64,000 nt of DNA from Octopus bimaculoides. Lineage: Eukaryota. Location of the stretch: positions 22,135,724-22,199,723 of the forward strand of contig NC_069007.1 of NCBI RefSeq assembly GCF_001194135.2, given 5' to 3'. This document shows, piece by piece, positions 10,911 through 23,417 of the stretch; position 1 is the stretch's first letter; each line of letters starts with the position of its first letter. Under the pieces are notes generated by a model that saw only the letters and a list, made by a program, of their open reading frames with translations, did no database searches and was not told the DNA's origin. The position numbers were made by a program, and so were the translations under genes.

Positions 10911-13900
10911 AATGGGGGCCCTCACCTAATTTTCTTATCAGATCTTCCTTTCACCCCCTCATTCTCTATCACTGATATCTTCTTCCATCTTCCTAGGCTG
11001 ATGGGTACAGCCTTCTCTCTTGACTTCAAAAAATAAAATTAGATTTTTTTTGCAAAAACACATTAATGGAGTTTTGGAATAGTTTTTCCTTATAACAACT
11101 TTTTTTTTTATTTTTTTAATTTTGTATTCTAATGTTCAAAATATATTTTTTCATATTTTGGTGTAACCCCTATTTTTTTGTTTTGGGAGTGGAATTTCAC
11201 TTCATTTGGTGGTATTCTTCTGTTTCAAAAAACTGAGATTATCTTTAAAAACAAAAAAAAAACACCCTAATTTAATTACATTTTTCACCTGTACAGATTT
11301 TTCAGAGGATTTCTCTTGACAAGAAGAGACCGTCATTCACATAGTCACAACTGCATCCCTAGCATTGCCACTTTAGGAACAGAAACTATTTTAGCCCACA
11401 ATAATTCCTGACACTCTATAAAGCTGAATGAAGCCCATGATGGAGCACTGTATGCACACACTGGACTACTCTAGAGAAGTTCCTTTCAACTGATTTGCAT
11501 TGAATCACTCACAGATATGTTCTAGACTCTGGCCCCTAACATGTTTCACCTTCTCTCTCTCTCTGTTTTCTTTCAATGTCATAATGTCTTCTGCTCCTTG
11601 GAACTAGCTGGTCTTGTACTGCCTTAAAGATGACAGTTCCAATGAGGCCATTAAGTAACTTGCAAGACTGAAATAGGGAGTAGTGTTGAAGGAGGAGGTT
11701 TTTTGCCAGGTGATGAGAGACAGCAGGAACTAACTTACCGTCCCCGTTCTACTTCTCTTTTATTTACCTTCATTATATACTGTCTTTGATTGGCCCAAAT
11801 GAAATGTTTTGAAGTGTAATAACCAATCAGAGATGTTCTTTCAGTAAATATCATATCAAACTATATAATATATATATATATATATAGTTTTATAAACTAA
11901 TGAAAGAGTTTTAGGCATTTTATCCTTCGTTTTCTACATGCACCCATCAACTCCAATCTCAACAGAAAAAAAAAAAAAACAACTTTGGTCTTTTTGGCTA
12001 CACATACCAAAGCACTGTCTCTCAAAAGGGTTAACTAAATATTTCTACGTTACTTAAGTGCTTTTCTTTCTTGTAATGCCGGTTTTTAAAATGAAAATAT
12101 CAGGTACATCTGANNNNNNNNNNNNNNNNNNNNNNNNNNNNNNNNNNNNNNNNNNNNNNNNNNNNNNNNNNNNNNNNNNNNNNNNNNNNNNNNNNNNNNN
12201 NNNNNNNNNNNNNNNNNNNNNNNNNNNNNNNNNNNNNNNNNNNNNNNNNNNNNNNNNNNNNNNNNNNNNNNNNNNNNNNNNNNNNNNNNNNNNNNNNNNN
12301 NNNNNNNNNNNNNNNNNNNNNNNNNNNNNNNNNNNNNNNNNNNNNNNNNNNNNNNNNNNNNNNNNNNNNNNNNNNNNNNNNNNNNNNNNNNNNNNNNNNN
12401 NNNNNNNNNNNNNNNNNNNNNNNNNNNNNNNNNNNNNNNNNNNNNNNNNNNNNNNNNNNNNNNNNNNNNNNNNNNNNNNNNNNNNNNNNNNNNNNNNNNN
12501 NNNNNNNNNNNNNNNNNNNNNNNNNNNNNNNNNNNNNNNNNNNNNNNNNNNNNNNNNNNNNNNNNNNNNNNNNNNNNNNNNNNNNGATTGGTTGAAATTA
12601 TCGAAATAAGACAATTTTTTACATGAAATAAATTCGAATACAAAAATATTTTTCTGTTCTATAACACAAAATAGATAAGTATACGAAGTTTGAAAGTCTT
12701 TCGGTACCAAAAACACTACGTAAAACATTAATGAAAAATGTGGCCCCCGTTTTAAAATAGATCCAAGTATTGTTCTTAATTAAATACTAATCAGTTACTT
12801 GAATGTTTTACCTGAAAAAAAAAGATGTTAACATAAAAATTTATAGTCATTTTCACAAATATGATATTTATTGCTTTTAAAATGACATTTTTTTTTTTGT
12901 CTTCTTGTAGCAAACAATATTTTTTCATTTCACCATTTCAACTAAACAACAATGTTTGTTTAACATATATTTTTTACTTGATATATTTCTCTACTTCTTT
13001 TATATGTAGAGAAAACTTGGGTTTCCTTTACGCATTCCTCAAAACTCCAAAAGTACTCTGTAAATCTCTGCATTTGTCTGAAAGAGAAAAAAAAAATGTC
13101 AACATTAAAATTTGTAGTCCTCTTCATGAAATGGAAGTGAGTAGACAGGAAGTGCATACTGCAGTGAATATGTCATCATCCTGTATTGAAACAGGATGAC
13201 AGCCATCTTGAAGCCTTCAAAATAGACAACAAAATCAAATTATTATCAAGCTATTTTCAAATTGGAATTAAGATTTTTGTGATATTCATTTTGGATTGAA
13301 TAGGGTGGTCCCAGGGTGTGACAGGACTATGCTTCATGCTCTTTTGCTACATTATTTTAGAAAACATACATGGGTGTGTGTTTGTGAATATATATGTTTG
13401 TATTTTTCATTCCCTTTGAAATTGCTTTTAAATGTGGTTTGGACTTTTTGACTGTTCTTTCTAGTATGTTAGACAACCTGTTATGGCTCACCTCTTTGTA
13501 CTTAAATGTACACTAATTTTATATATATCTCAGCTCACGAGGAAGATGACATTAGTGGTACTTCTTCCTGGTACAAAGCCAAACTGCATATCATTTACTC
13601 TTAATCCTAACTCCTAATCAATTTTGTAATAACTCTTTCCCGTAACTTTCACGGCCTGGTTCGACCATTTGAAACCTCTCATGTTACATCTCTCTCTCTA
13701 ATGCTGCCTTTCTAACTGTTTACTGTACTGCTTCTGTACCTGTCATTGAGTGTGACTCTCTGCCTTGTATTACTTGACAATTTGACTGACAAATCTGTAT
13801 TCCATTTTGCCAAATATCTTAAGCATATTCTATCTCTGTCTTCTTATTATTAACTTTTTAGCATTTAGAATGGCCATATCCAGCTCAGATATTTAACCTG

Positions 13901-16900
13901 CTTTTCTTTCAAACTGGGTTCTGACACCAACCTTACAATATCATTCTAAAAGTAAACAATCATATCATCACAATTTTGAAACTGCAAGATAAAAGGGTAA
14001 AGACCCCACTTTTGGTCATGAATGACCATGGCATTGCACCTAGAAAGTTCCCCTCTGAGGCACGAGTTTGGACAAAATTGTTGATGAAAGACCAGCAGTT
14101 GCCCATGCTAAGTTACTGGAACATAAACACACCAACACTGGCTGTTAAGCAGTGGTAAAGGCTTGAGCACACACACACACACGACAAGCTTCTTTCAGTT
14201 TCTGTCTACCAAATCCACCCACAAGGCTACAGTATAAGATACTTGCCCAAGGTGCCAAGCAGTGAGACTGAACCTGGAATGATGTGCTTGGGAAGCAAGT
14301 TTCTTTCCACACAGCCATGCCTGTGTCTGTTATTATTCTTATTGATTTCTCAAAAACTGAATGTTATTTTTGTAATTAACATGCAGAAAATTAAGAAAAG
14401 CTATTAAGTACATTGAATTCAATGTATTGATGGACAGATAGAGATAAGGTTGTTTGGTTTGTGGTTACAGATTAGAGAAAGCAAACAGGTGACAAGCGTT
14501 GGGCCAGGATTGATAACTTGTGTTACAAATAATATTGTGAAAGTCGTACAGAGAGATTAAATAAAGTAAAATGAATAGAATAAGAAAACAACAAGAATAA
14601 ACAAAGAAAAGGTGAAGGTAAAGGGGAGAAAGATAAATAGAAAGGAGAAATAGAGAGCAGCAAGAGGGATTGGAGAGGGAGGGAAGTATATAGAGTGGTA
14701 GGATGAGTGAGAGGAAAGAAAAGTGTATGATAAATTATAGGAGGGTGAGTAAACATTATTATCTGCAGGTCAATAGTTCAAATGTAGGTAGGTGTTTGAA
14801 TTGAAATTTGATATGTTGAAAAGAAGCTGTTTTGGTGTGCGTGTGTACGTGTGTGTGTACGTGTGCATGCGTGCATGCATGCATTAATGCACCTGTTTCT
14901 GTCTTTATTCTTTGAGTTCTACATGAAGTGTCTTTTTTTTTATATATATCCAAAGTTGCTTATCAACATGGGTTTAAAAATATTACATTATAAATATAAA
15001 TACACATATTGATATAAATAGAAACAAATATGGTATTTCTCTTCTGTCTTTGTTGTCAAAATCCATGTCATTGGTCCCTGTAACTTAGCAGTTTGGCAAA
15101 AACACTCTGATGGAATAAGTACCAAACTTAAAAAAAAACGTCCTGGGCTGATTCATTTGACTCCAAATTCTTCAAAGCGGTGTTCCATCTTTCCTTTCCT
15201 CACGTGGTCATCTATCTTTTCATTCGGTCTGTCACACAGTCCAGACGCATTCTTATCTGTCTCCTTTCCTATCTTTTCTCTTATCAAAGAATCTTCTTCC
15301 AGAGTTTGCTACCTTACCTTGCTCGTCCTGGCCAAACGGCCCTCCCTCTTTGTTCTCGTTTCATTTGGTTTGTTGTATGTCCTGTTTCTGTTACCAACTT
15401 TGACCCTCCGTAAATCCCAAATTTTATTTTGGTTCGCAGGAGCAACTGAAAGAAGCCTGTCGTATATATATATATATATATTTATATATATCAACTCTAG
15501 CCTTGTGAGTGGATTTTGTAGTTTGTTAGATGGAAACTGAAAGAAACCCAGAATATATAATGTATATATCTATGTGTGTGTGTCTTTGTGTCTGTGTGTG
15601 TCTCCTCACCACTGCTTAACAACTGGTGTTGGTGTGTTTATGTCTCTGTAACTTAGCGGTTCAGCAGAAGAGGTCGACAGAATAAGTACTAGGCTTAAAA
15701 ACAAAGATAAGTCCTGAGGTTGATTTGTTTGACTAAAACCCTTCAAGGTAGTGCCCCGGCATGGCCACAGTCGAATGGCTGAAACAAGTAAAAATAAAAA
15801 AAAAAAGAACAGACAAGAGATAATTTCTATAAATCAAATATTTGTTTATCTTATATGGTATTTAATAGACCTTTACTTGTCTTCTTCTTTGTGCCACTGG
15901 TTAAACATATTTCTGTTGGCTCACATTTGTCCATGGTTTTCACATCCGTTTTTCCCATGACAATATGGATTCAGACAATAATTATTGCTCAAGTATTGTT
16001 CTACAATCAGAAGTGCTTCCTGCTTCTAACCTTTACCTGTTTTTCAAGTTTTCATTACACATATCGAAAGTGTAGAGCTACTGCACGATTTGCTGAGAAG
16101 GGAATTTCAAAAGACAAGTGCAGGTGTGAGCTGTGTGTTTGAGATGCCTGGGGTCAGGCCCACTGTCTGGCACATTGGGCAAGTGTCTTCTACTGTAGCC
16201 CTTGGTCGACCAAAACCATTTGAATGGATATGGTAGACAGAAACTGGAAGAAGACCATTGTGCGTGCGTGTGTGTGTGTGTGTGTGTTGATATCCCATTA
16301 AATGAGTTTCCAATCCTCTGTGAAAACATGTCTGGAAACGGGTGAGGCTTTGTGACATGAATGGCATCTGGCAATAGAAAATCTGCCACAACAAAGATCC
16401 ATATGATCTTTGCAAGGAAAGAAAAGTGGATGTTATAATAAATATGATGATGATGATTATTATTATTTAATATCTGTCTTCCATGGGTTGAATGGTTTAA
16501 TTGGATCGTACGAGTTGTGGGCCTGCATTCTGCTCCAGTATCTGCTTTGGCATGTTTCTGCAGCTGGATGCTTATACTAACGCTTAAAGCAATAGGCTTT
16601 CTTTGGTGGCATTGGCATCAGTGAGGTTGTCTTACAACTCCCAAGACTAAGGGCCGAAAGTGGTTCGGGATGTGATGATTCTAGGCAGGGTGATAAAGGA
16701 GGGTAAGGTATAATAAAAAGAACATGATGGTAGTGGAGAGTAACAAGGTTGACCCTGTTGACCCTGGAGGTGATAAGGAAAGGACAAAAGAGAGAGAGAG
16801 AGAGAGAGAAGGTTAGTGACTAATAGGAAGATGATGAGGTTTTGTGTGCAGGGGATGGTTCCAGAGCTGTCCCACATTTTAAGGGTGAGCATGGATGAAA

Positions 16901-17059
16901 AGTGTGAGGGGAAAGGGAACAAGAAAGGGAGAAATACATGATGGTGGCAAAGACTCCGACATACATACATGTATATACATATGTATATATACACACAGAT
17001 TTACATACAAACACACATAGGCAGGGTTATAAATTATCGCCTCAATTTCTATGTCTGAG

Positions 17060-17240
17060 TGTGTCTATCTGATTATCTATTTGTCCAATCTATCTGCCTG
17101 TCTATCTATCTATCGATCTATCTATCTGTCCAATCTGTCTGTCTATCTATATCTATCTATCTATCTGTGTCTGTCTGTCAGTCTGTTTGTCTGTCCAATC
17201 TATCTATCTCTCTCTCTCTTTCTACCTGTGTGTGTGTGTG
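17060..17240. repeat. Compound (TATC)/(TGTC)/(TC)/(TG) microsatellite
   Basis: Seen directly. Confidence 0.9.
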
Positions 17241-17299
17241 TTTAGCTGGCTATGCTACTATTCGTAATCAAATTTCAGTACGTAGCATGGCACTGAATT

Positions 17300-18390
17300 C
17301 ATTTCCCACTCGCATGGTTCCGGTATCGATCCTACTGTGTCACCCTTCTATTATATCCTGGATCGACGAAAACAACGCGGAAGCCCGTTTGTTATAAATT
17401 TCAACTGTAATTAGACACATCCTTGTCTTATCACACAGTGTGACGTTGAGTCTTCCCGAAGATTACCTTTGTCGCTATAAGTTTCCGTAGAGTACTCAGC
17501 CACTTATACAAAGAATAAGGTAGTTTTATTCACGGAACAACTGGAACTCTCATTTGTCGAAATCGATACGAGATTTCATCATCTGACTACACAAGACAAT
17601 AAAAATAGAGTTGCCATTCTAACTCGCTCCTCGTCCATAATTTCCTATCTGTCTATTATTTCCCATCATTCAAGACACTCCACAAAGCTTATTCTTGTCT
17701 CTACTTTCATTTTCCGCTAATTATTCAATCATCGTTATCATTACGCTAACGATTATTTTATTTATTAAAAAAATATGCTACAACGTCCTCCACCCCCTTT
17801 AATTTTTTTCGGTGTAAANNNNNNNNNNNNNNNNNNNNNNNNNNNNNNNNNNNNNNNNNNNNNNNNNNNNNNNNNNNNNNNNNNNNNNNNNNNNNNNNNN
17901 NNNNNNNNNNNNNNNNNNNNNNNNNNNNNNNNNNNNNNNNNNNNNNNNNNNNNNNNNNNNNNNNNNNNNNNNNNNNNNNNNNNNNNNNNNNNNNNNNNNN
18001 NNNNNNNNNNNNNNNNNNNNNNNNNNNNNNNNNNNNNNNNNNNNNNNNNNNNNNNNNNNNNNNNNNNNNNNNNNNNNNNNNNNNNNNNNNNNNNNNNNNN
18101 NNNNNNNNNNNNNNNNNNNNNNNNNNNNNNNNNNNNNNNNNNNNNNNNNNNNNNNNNNNNNNNNNNNNNNNNNNNNNNNNNNNNNNNNNNNNNNNNNNNN
18201 NNNNNNNNNNNNNNNNNNNNNNNNNNNNNNNNNNNNNNNNNNNNNNNNNNNNNTATCTTTCACTTCAACATCTTCGTTGTTTAACCAGAGCCATTCCGCC
18301 CAACTTTCTACTGTTTCACCTGCAACAAGCGACACTTTTTTTTGTGATACTTTAAACACAAAGCACCTTCCTTCATGATTCCAGGTATTT
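17300..18390 (+). promoter_or_regulatory. Probable CNOT2 promoter / first exon (donor CAG|GTATTT at 18384/18385), partly inside an N gap
   Basis: CpG-retaining zone immediately upstream of the first recognisable CNOT2 exons; the TSS may be hidden by gap 17819-18253. Confidence 0.4.
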
Positions 18391-21300
18391 AAAACATGCT
18401 CCAGGGGGGGGGGCATGCCTCCCTGCTTTTCTTTCTGCTTTTTTCTTTTGTAGTACTTTGCATACTCACACGCACGCATAAATGTAACTATATACATTCT
18501 TACATTATATTTATATTTATCGACATACACATAATCTGTATATTTTTCTGTTTTTTCTTTTACCTATCTTGTATGTATATCGTTCTTTTTTCTTCGCACA
18601 CACACACACACACATCTTTTTGTGGGAGGATGGTGGATCTTGAAGCAAATAAAGCTATATATTGGGTTAAAAACCGCTTTGGATAGAATATATATATATG
18701 TATATATATTTATATATAAATTTATAATCTCGGTTCGTAAATGTTGGCGATTTAGTGTGTGTAATATATTAAATTGTTTATTTCGTTTCGTGTTGCTCTC
18801 TTTGTCGATATTGTTCCTCGCAGTTGTGTGCGTGTGCTTGTTAAATTGTTTGTTGTTTTTCCCCCCTGTATATATGTTCTGTGCCTGTCTCTCGTTTCCC
18901 CTTTAGTGTATGTGTTGTGGTGGTGTTCCTTTTTCTGTGTCTCCCCCAATCTCGTTTCGCTCCACCACCTCCTCCCTGTCTCTGTTCTCTCTCTTTCTCT
19001 TTTTGTGTAGTCGTAGAATGTTCACTTTCGTGCTAACACAATCAACATATTTACTATTTCTTTATGTATACGTATATATATAATACACACGATTCCGCTC
19101 GCATCTCAGTGTGTGTTTTTAATCGGTAAATAGAAATAATCTGGTGTAGTTTAATGATGGTGTTGTTGGTGCTGATGGTGAATTTAATCTATTGAACCTG
19201 AACCGGTGGTGGGTCTTCTTTTCTTTTCTTTCTTTCTATCTTCGTTAGAGCCATTACAATTATCACAGTTATCCGAAACTAAATTATCATTGTAGCTCCT
19301 ATTAAGATTATTGTTATTGATTTTTAATAATAATAGTAAAGTTAGACACGAGACTTTGCAGGAATTTACACGGCGGAAGGGAAATAAATATAAGCTCGTG
19401 TGATATTCACGCCTTTTGCGAGAACATCAGCAACAGAGTGAAACGGAATGCAGACGGGAATCGAACCAGGCTCGTGAAACTTGGTGATGCTCGGCTAATT
19501 GTGAGCGTATTAATTATCCCACTTTAGATTTCAGACCATGTGTCTTATGTATGTATGTATGTAATTTTGTCCAGGCGAAATATTTCTTACATGACTATCA
19601 CACATCACCCTATTTCTTCGCAATTAGGACTTCATTTTTATTTATTTATTTTTTTTAGTCACTATGACATTTTCTCTTTCTGCAATTCTAAACCTCACGT
19701 CCCCATTTTAAATAGTTATTCTCTAAAATTTCAGAAATATTTAATCTTTTCTACACCTCNNNNNNNNNNNNNNNNNNNNNNNNNNNNNNNNNNNNNNNNN
19801 NNNNNNNNNNNNNNNNNNNNNNNNNNNNNNNNNNNNNNNNNNNNNNNNNNNNNNNNNNNNNNNNNNNNNNNNNNNNNNNNNNNNNNNNNNNNNNNNNNNN
19901 NNNNNNNNNNNNNNNNNNNNNNNNNNNNNNNNNNNNNNNNNNNNNNNNNNNNNNNNNNNNNNNNNNNNNNNNNNNNNNNNNNNNNNNNNNNNNNNNNNNN
20001 NNNNNNNNNNNNNNNNNNNNNNNNNNNNNNNNNNNNNNNNNNNNNNNNNNNNNNNNNNNNNNNNNNNNNNNNNNNNNNNNNNNNNNNNNNNNNNNNNNNN
20101 NNNNNNNNGTAGGAAATCGTATTTACTCGAGTAACGACTGGCTGTGAGTTGTTTAGCACCAGGTCAGCTTATGATCGAAGGTATTCTAGCTATGGCAGTC
20201 CGGTTTTTATTTATATAAGATCACAATGTATTCTTCCTTGTCTAAATTATCCAATGTACCGTATTTACTGGTTAAGTCGTACTGTTTTATAGTGAAAACA
20301 AAACAAAAAAACTAGGGCGCAAATATACACGAGGTAACGCTAAAACTATGAAGTGGGGGGGAATTTTGTACTGAGACGTAATACTGAATTAAAGGTGTGA
20401 CTTAATCACGAATAAATATGGTTGTTTTTTTTTTGTTTACTTCGTCGGAGTGTGATTTTAGGGAAATTTGGTTACTATTTCTAGCAGATCGGTCGTCCAC
20501 GTAAAGAGGCTCTTATGCTGGCTCTCGGTCGATGTGGTGAGCTGAGAACGGTTGACGATGTCTGCTCGTTTGTTCTGGATTCACTTCACACAGAAAATCA
20601 TAAAATAAACATTGTCTTTCATTGCTTCTCTGTTCGTTCATAGAAATAAACCTAACAAGATCATGGGATTGATTGTTTATGTGTCCAGTGTGAAATATAA
20701 ATGGCTTTGGGGCTTGCAGGGTTGGGGAACCTTATATTGTTAGGAGTTCGCGTTTTGTGTTCTATACATTGATTAATTAGACCATTGATTAGTAGATCTG
20801 CGTGTATTAACATGGACGGTGCGCGCGCGCACATATATATGTATATATAGTCGTAAAACCAATATAACCACCTGGCTCACTAACGAGGGAGCTAACCCTA
20901 CTGTTGAATGAATAAGAAGTAATATGTTGGGCAAAACAGTCCTAGATACATAATTGATGAGATAGTCATGACTGGAACGCCTCTGATTATAGAGCTGCTC
21001 AGACAAGGTTGACCTGGAGCTAAATAGCATTATCACCAACTATCTTTCCGGTTATCGATTTTTTTTCTTCCCTTTTTACATTTGTTTGTATTTGTTCCCT
21101 TATCCATCTCCATAGTCTTAATCATTCTTATAAATAATCATTGCAACATTTGACTTAGTGTAATCCTGTGTTCATGGAGTTAACACATATGTATTTTGAT
21201 ATCCATTTTACATTCGTACCTTTCATAGTAGCCTTGTTTTTGGTCAACGACTATTCAGAAAAAAGTGCCAAATGAAAGCTAAATGTGAGTTATTACCTGG

Positions 21301-22245
21301 TGCTGAATAACAAACAAATATTTAGTCAATTATTACAAATATTTACTAACAGCTGATATTGTTTATGATTTCTACTAAGCAAAGTCTAAAATACACTTTG
21401 GCAAATCTTAAATATTTTGATTTTCACATGTAATAATAATAATTTTTAACAAGCATTAAACCTCATCCTGGATACACTTCGTAGACTGGATTAACGTTTG
21501 CTTCATGATTTTTTTTCATGAAAGCACAGGGCCTGGAATATTGTGGAGAAGCAGTCACCACCATTGTCATTGTTTTAACATCCACTTTACCACTTTTGCA
21601 TAAGTTTGAATATGTTGAGATTGATTTTCTGTGGCCGGATGCCTTCCTGTCATTAACCCTCAGCTGTTTCGTGGTCAGACAGGTTTTCACAGAACATTGG
21701 AAACAAAGGACATCGCTTACCTTGCTGCAACATTTGTCTGCAACCATCAGGCAATGTCCAGGCCAGAGGGGTCAGTAATAGACCCACATACGACAGGCTT
21801 TGGCATTCAGATTACTCAGTGGAATTAATGCTTATTTACTCGTGTTGTTTTAATTAACCATTCATTATCTTGCAGCTTCAAGATTTTGATGTGATTGTTT
21901 ATTTTTCAAACAACATTGTAGGATAGGTGTGAGAGGCTGAATCTGACCAGTTTGAACATAAATCAGAATGTTTGGGCTGGATAAAGCCTGCTTAAATGCT
22001 AAAGGCTTAAAGCAAATAGATGTAACTAAAAACTACAAAATATTTTTTTTTTCTCCACCTGGAAAGTTTGAATGGCTTAGTCTGCCGTTCAAGGGTTACT
22101 GAATAGATACAAATATCAAAAGAAAACACTTTTATCTCTGAAGAAGAGATCAAAAGTTTTTTAAAAAATGTATTGATTCAGTGACTTTTTGTATATTTTT
22201 ACTTAGAATTGTTTACTAAATTTCTTTTTCTTCTTCTATCTACAG

Positions 22246-22281
22246 AAGATTTGGAGCTGACCACTTTTCCTGGAATGCTCA
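22246..22281 (+). other. CNOT2: Probable CNOT2 5' exon (36 nt; UTR or N-terminal coding)
   Basis: Pyrimidine tract + TACAG acceptor and GTAAGT donor. It reads RFGADHFSWNAQ in frame with exon 23249, but no upstream in-frame ATG was found. Confidence 0.6.
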
Positions 22282-22335
22282 GTAAGTATAATGCCATTTT
22301 TGTAAGGGACTGGGAGAGAGTGCATCTCTTTATAA

Positions 22336-22480
22336 TATTGGGTTGGCAACTAAGTTCCCACCGTTTTATTAAATTAAAATTTTTTAAAAGGTTTGATAAA
22401 AAATAACAACTAATTAATCAACAATGTATTCACCCTTGTTGTTTACAACTTCTTCCCAACATTCAACAAGATTTTCAATA
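22336..22480 (-). mobile_element. Mariner transposon 3' end fragment
   Basis: TIR-like TATTGGGTTGGCAACTAAG; the minus frame gives IENLVECWEEVVNNKGEYIVD*, like a mariner transposase C-terminus. Confidence 0.7.
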
Positions 22481-22699
22481 CCTCATGTGATGATGATGAT
22501 GGGCTTCTGTGTGTTTCCCTCTACTAAATCAGCCCACATTTTGATTGGCTCCAAGCTGTAGCAGAAGCCACTGGGGCCATGGTGCCATACAGTGGGACTG
22601 AACCTGAAACCATGTGGTTGTGATTCGAACATCTTAACTGTACAGCCAGCCATGCAATATATTTTTTTTCATACTTTGTTTTCTTGCATGTGCAAGCAG

Positions 22700-23055
22700 G
22701 TACAGGTGTGGCTAGAATTGCTTCCCAACCACGTGGTTCTGGGTTCAGTCCCACTGTGTGACACCTTGGGCAAGTGTCTTCAACTATACCCTCTGGCTGA
22801 CCAAAGCCTTGTGAGCAGATTTAGTAGATGGAAACTGAAAGAAGCCTGTCGTGTATATGTATATATATATATATATGTGTGTGTCTGTTTGCCCTCCCCC
22901 CACCATTTGACAACTGGCATTGTGTTTATACCATTGTAACTTAGCGGTTTGGCAAAAAAGACCAATAGAATAAATGCTAAGCTTAAAATCTAAGTCCCAG
23001 GCTTGATTTGTGTGACTAAAAAAAATCCCTTGAAGGTGACTGAAACGAGTAAAAG
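22700..23055 (+). mobile_element. Full-length tRNA-derived SINE copy
   Basis: Same head/microsatellite/tail organisation as 636-1022. Confidence 0.8.
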
Positions 23056-23248
23056 ATGAGAATGTGTCTTTGTGTGTGTAATATACGTAGATGTAGAACG
23101 AGGAAATGAGTGCTCAACATTGGAGGATGTTTAATTTCTTCATTTGTGAATTAAAGCCACCATGAAACCAATGGTAGCCTTAATTCACAAATAAAGAAAA
23201 TATAAAACCAATTCTAAATGTGGCCATCTTAAATGCTATTTCTTCCAG

Positions 23249-23366
23249 ATATCCTTTAGAAAGAAAAGGAGAAACAGGTGACTTATCTGCTGGTAGCAAC
23301 ACAACTCCAAATATGATTGGACTACAGCAGCAGCAACCACAGCAGCAGCCGCCACCACCATCGCAG

Positions 23367-23400
<34 letters not shown>

Positions 23401-23417
23401 CACCTAAAGCCAGAAAG
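23249..23417 (+). CDS. CNOT2: CNOT2 exon containing candidate start ATG 23313 and polyQ/P tract
   Basis: CCAG acceptor and AAG|GTAACC donor. MIG...ARK resembles vertebrate MFGASRKK; phase 0 joins exon 24656. Confidence 0.8.

Noticed and set aside
12054-20159. Long ORFs spanning N-runs (12054, 17775, 17799, 19540, 19731)
   Set aside because: Their length comes from assembly gaps translated as X.
21168-21184. Possible ATG GA|GTTAAC micro-exon supplying a start (MERFGAD...)
   Set aside because: The donor GTTAAC and the upstream acceptor are both poor matches to consensus, so it is unsupported without transcript data.
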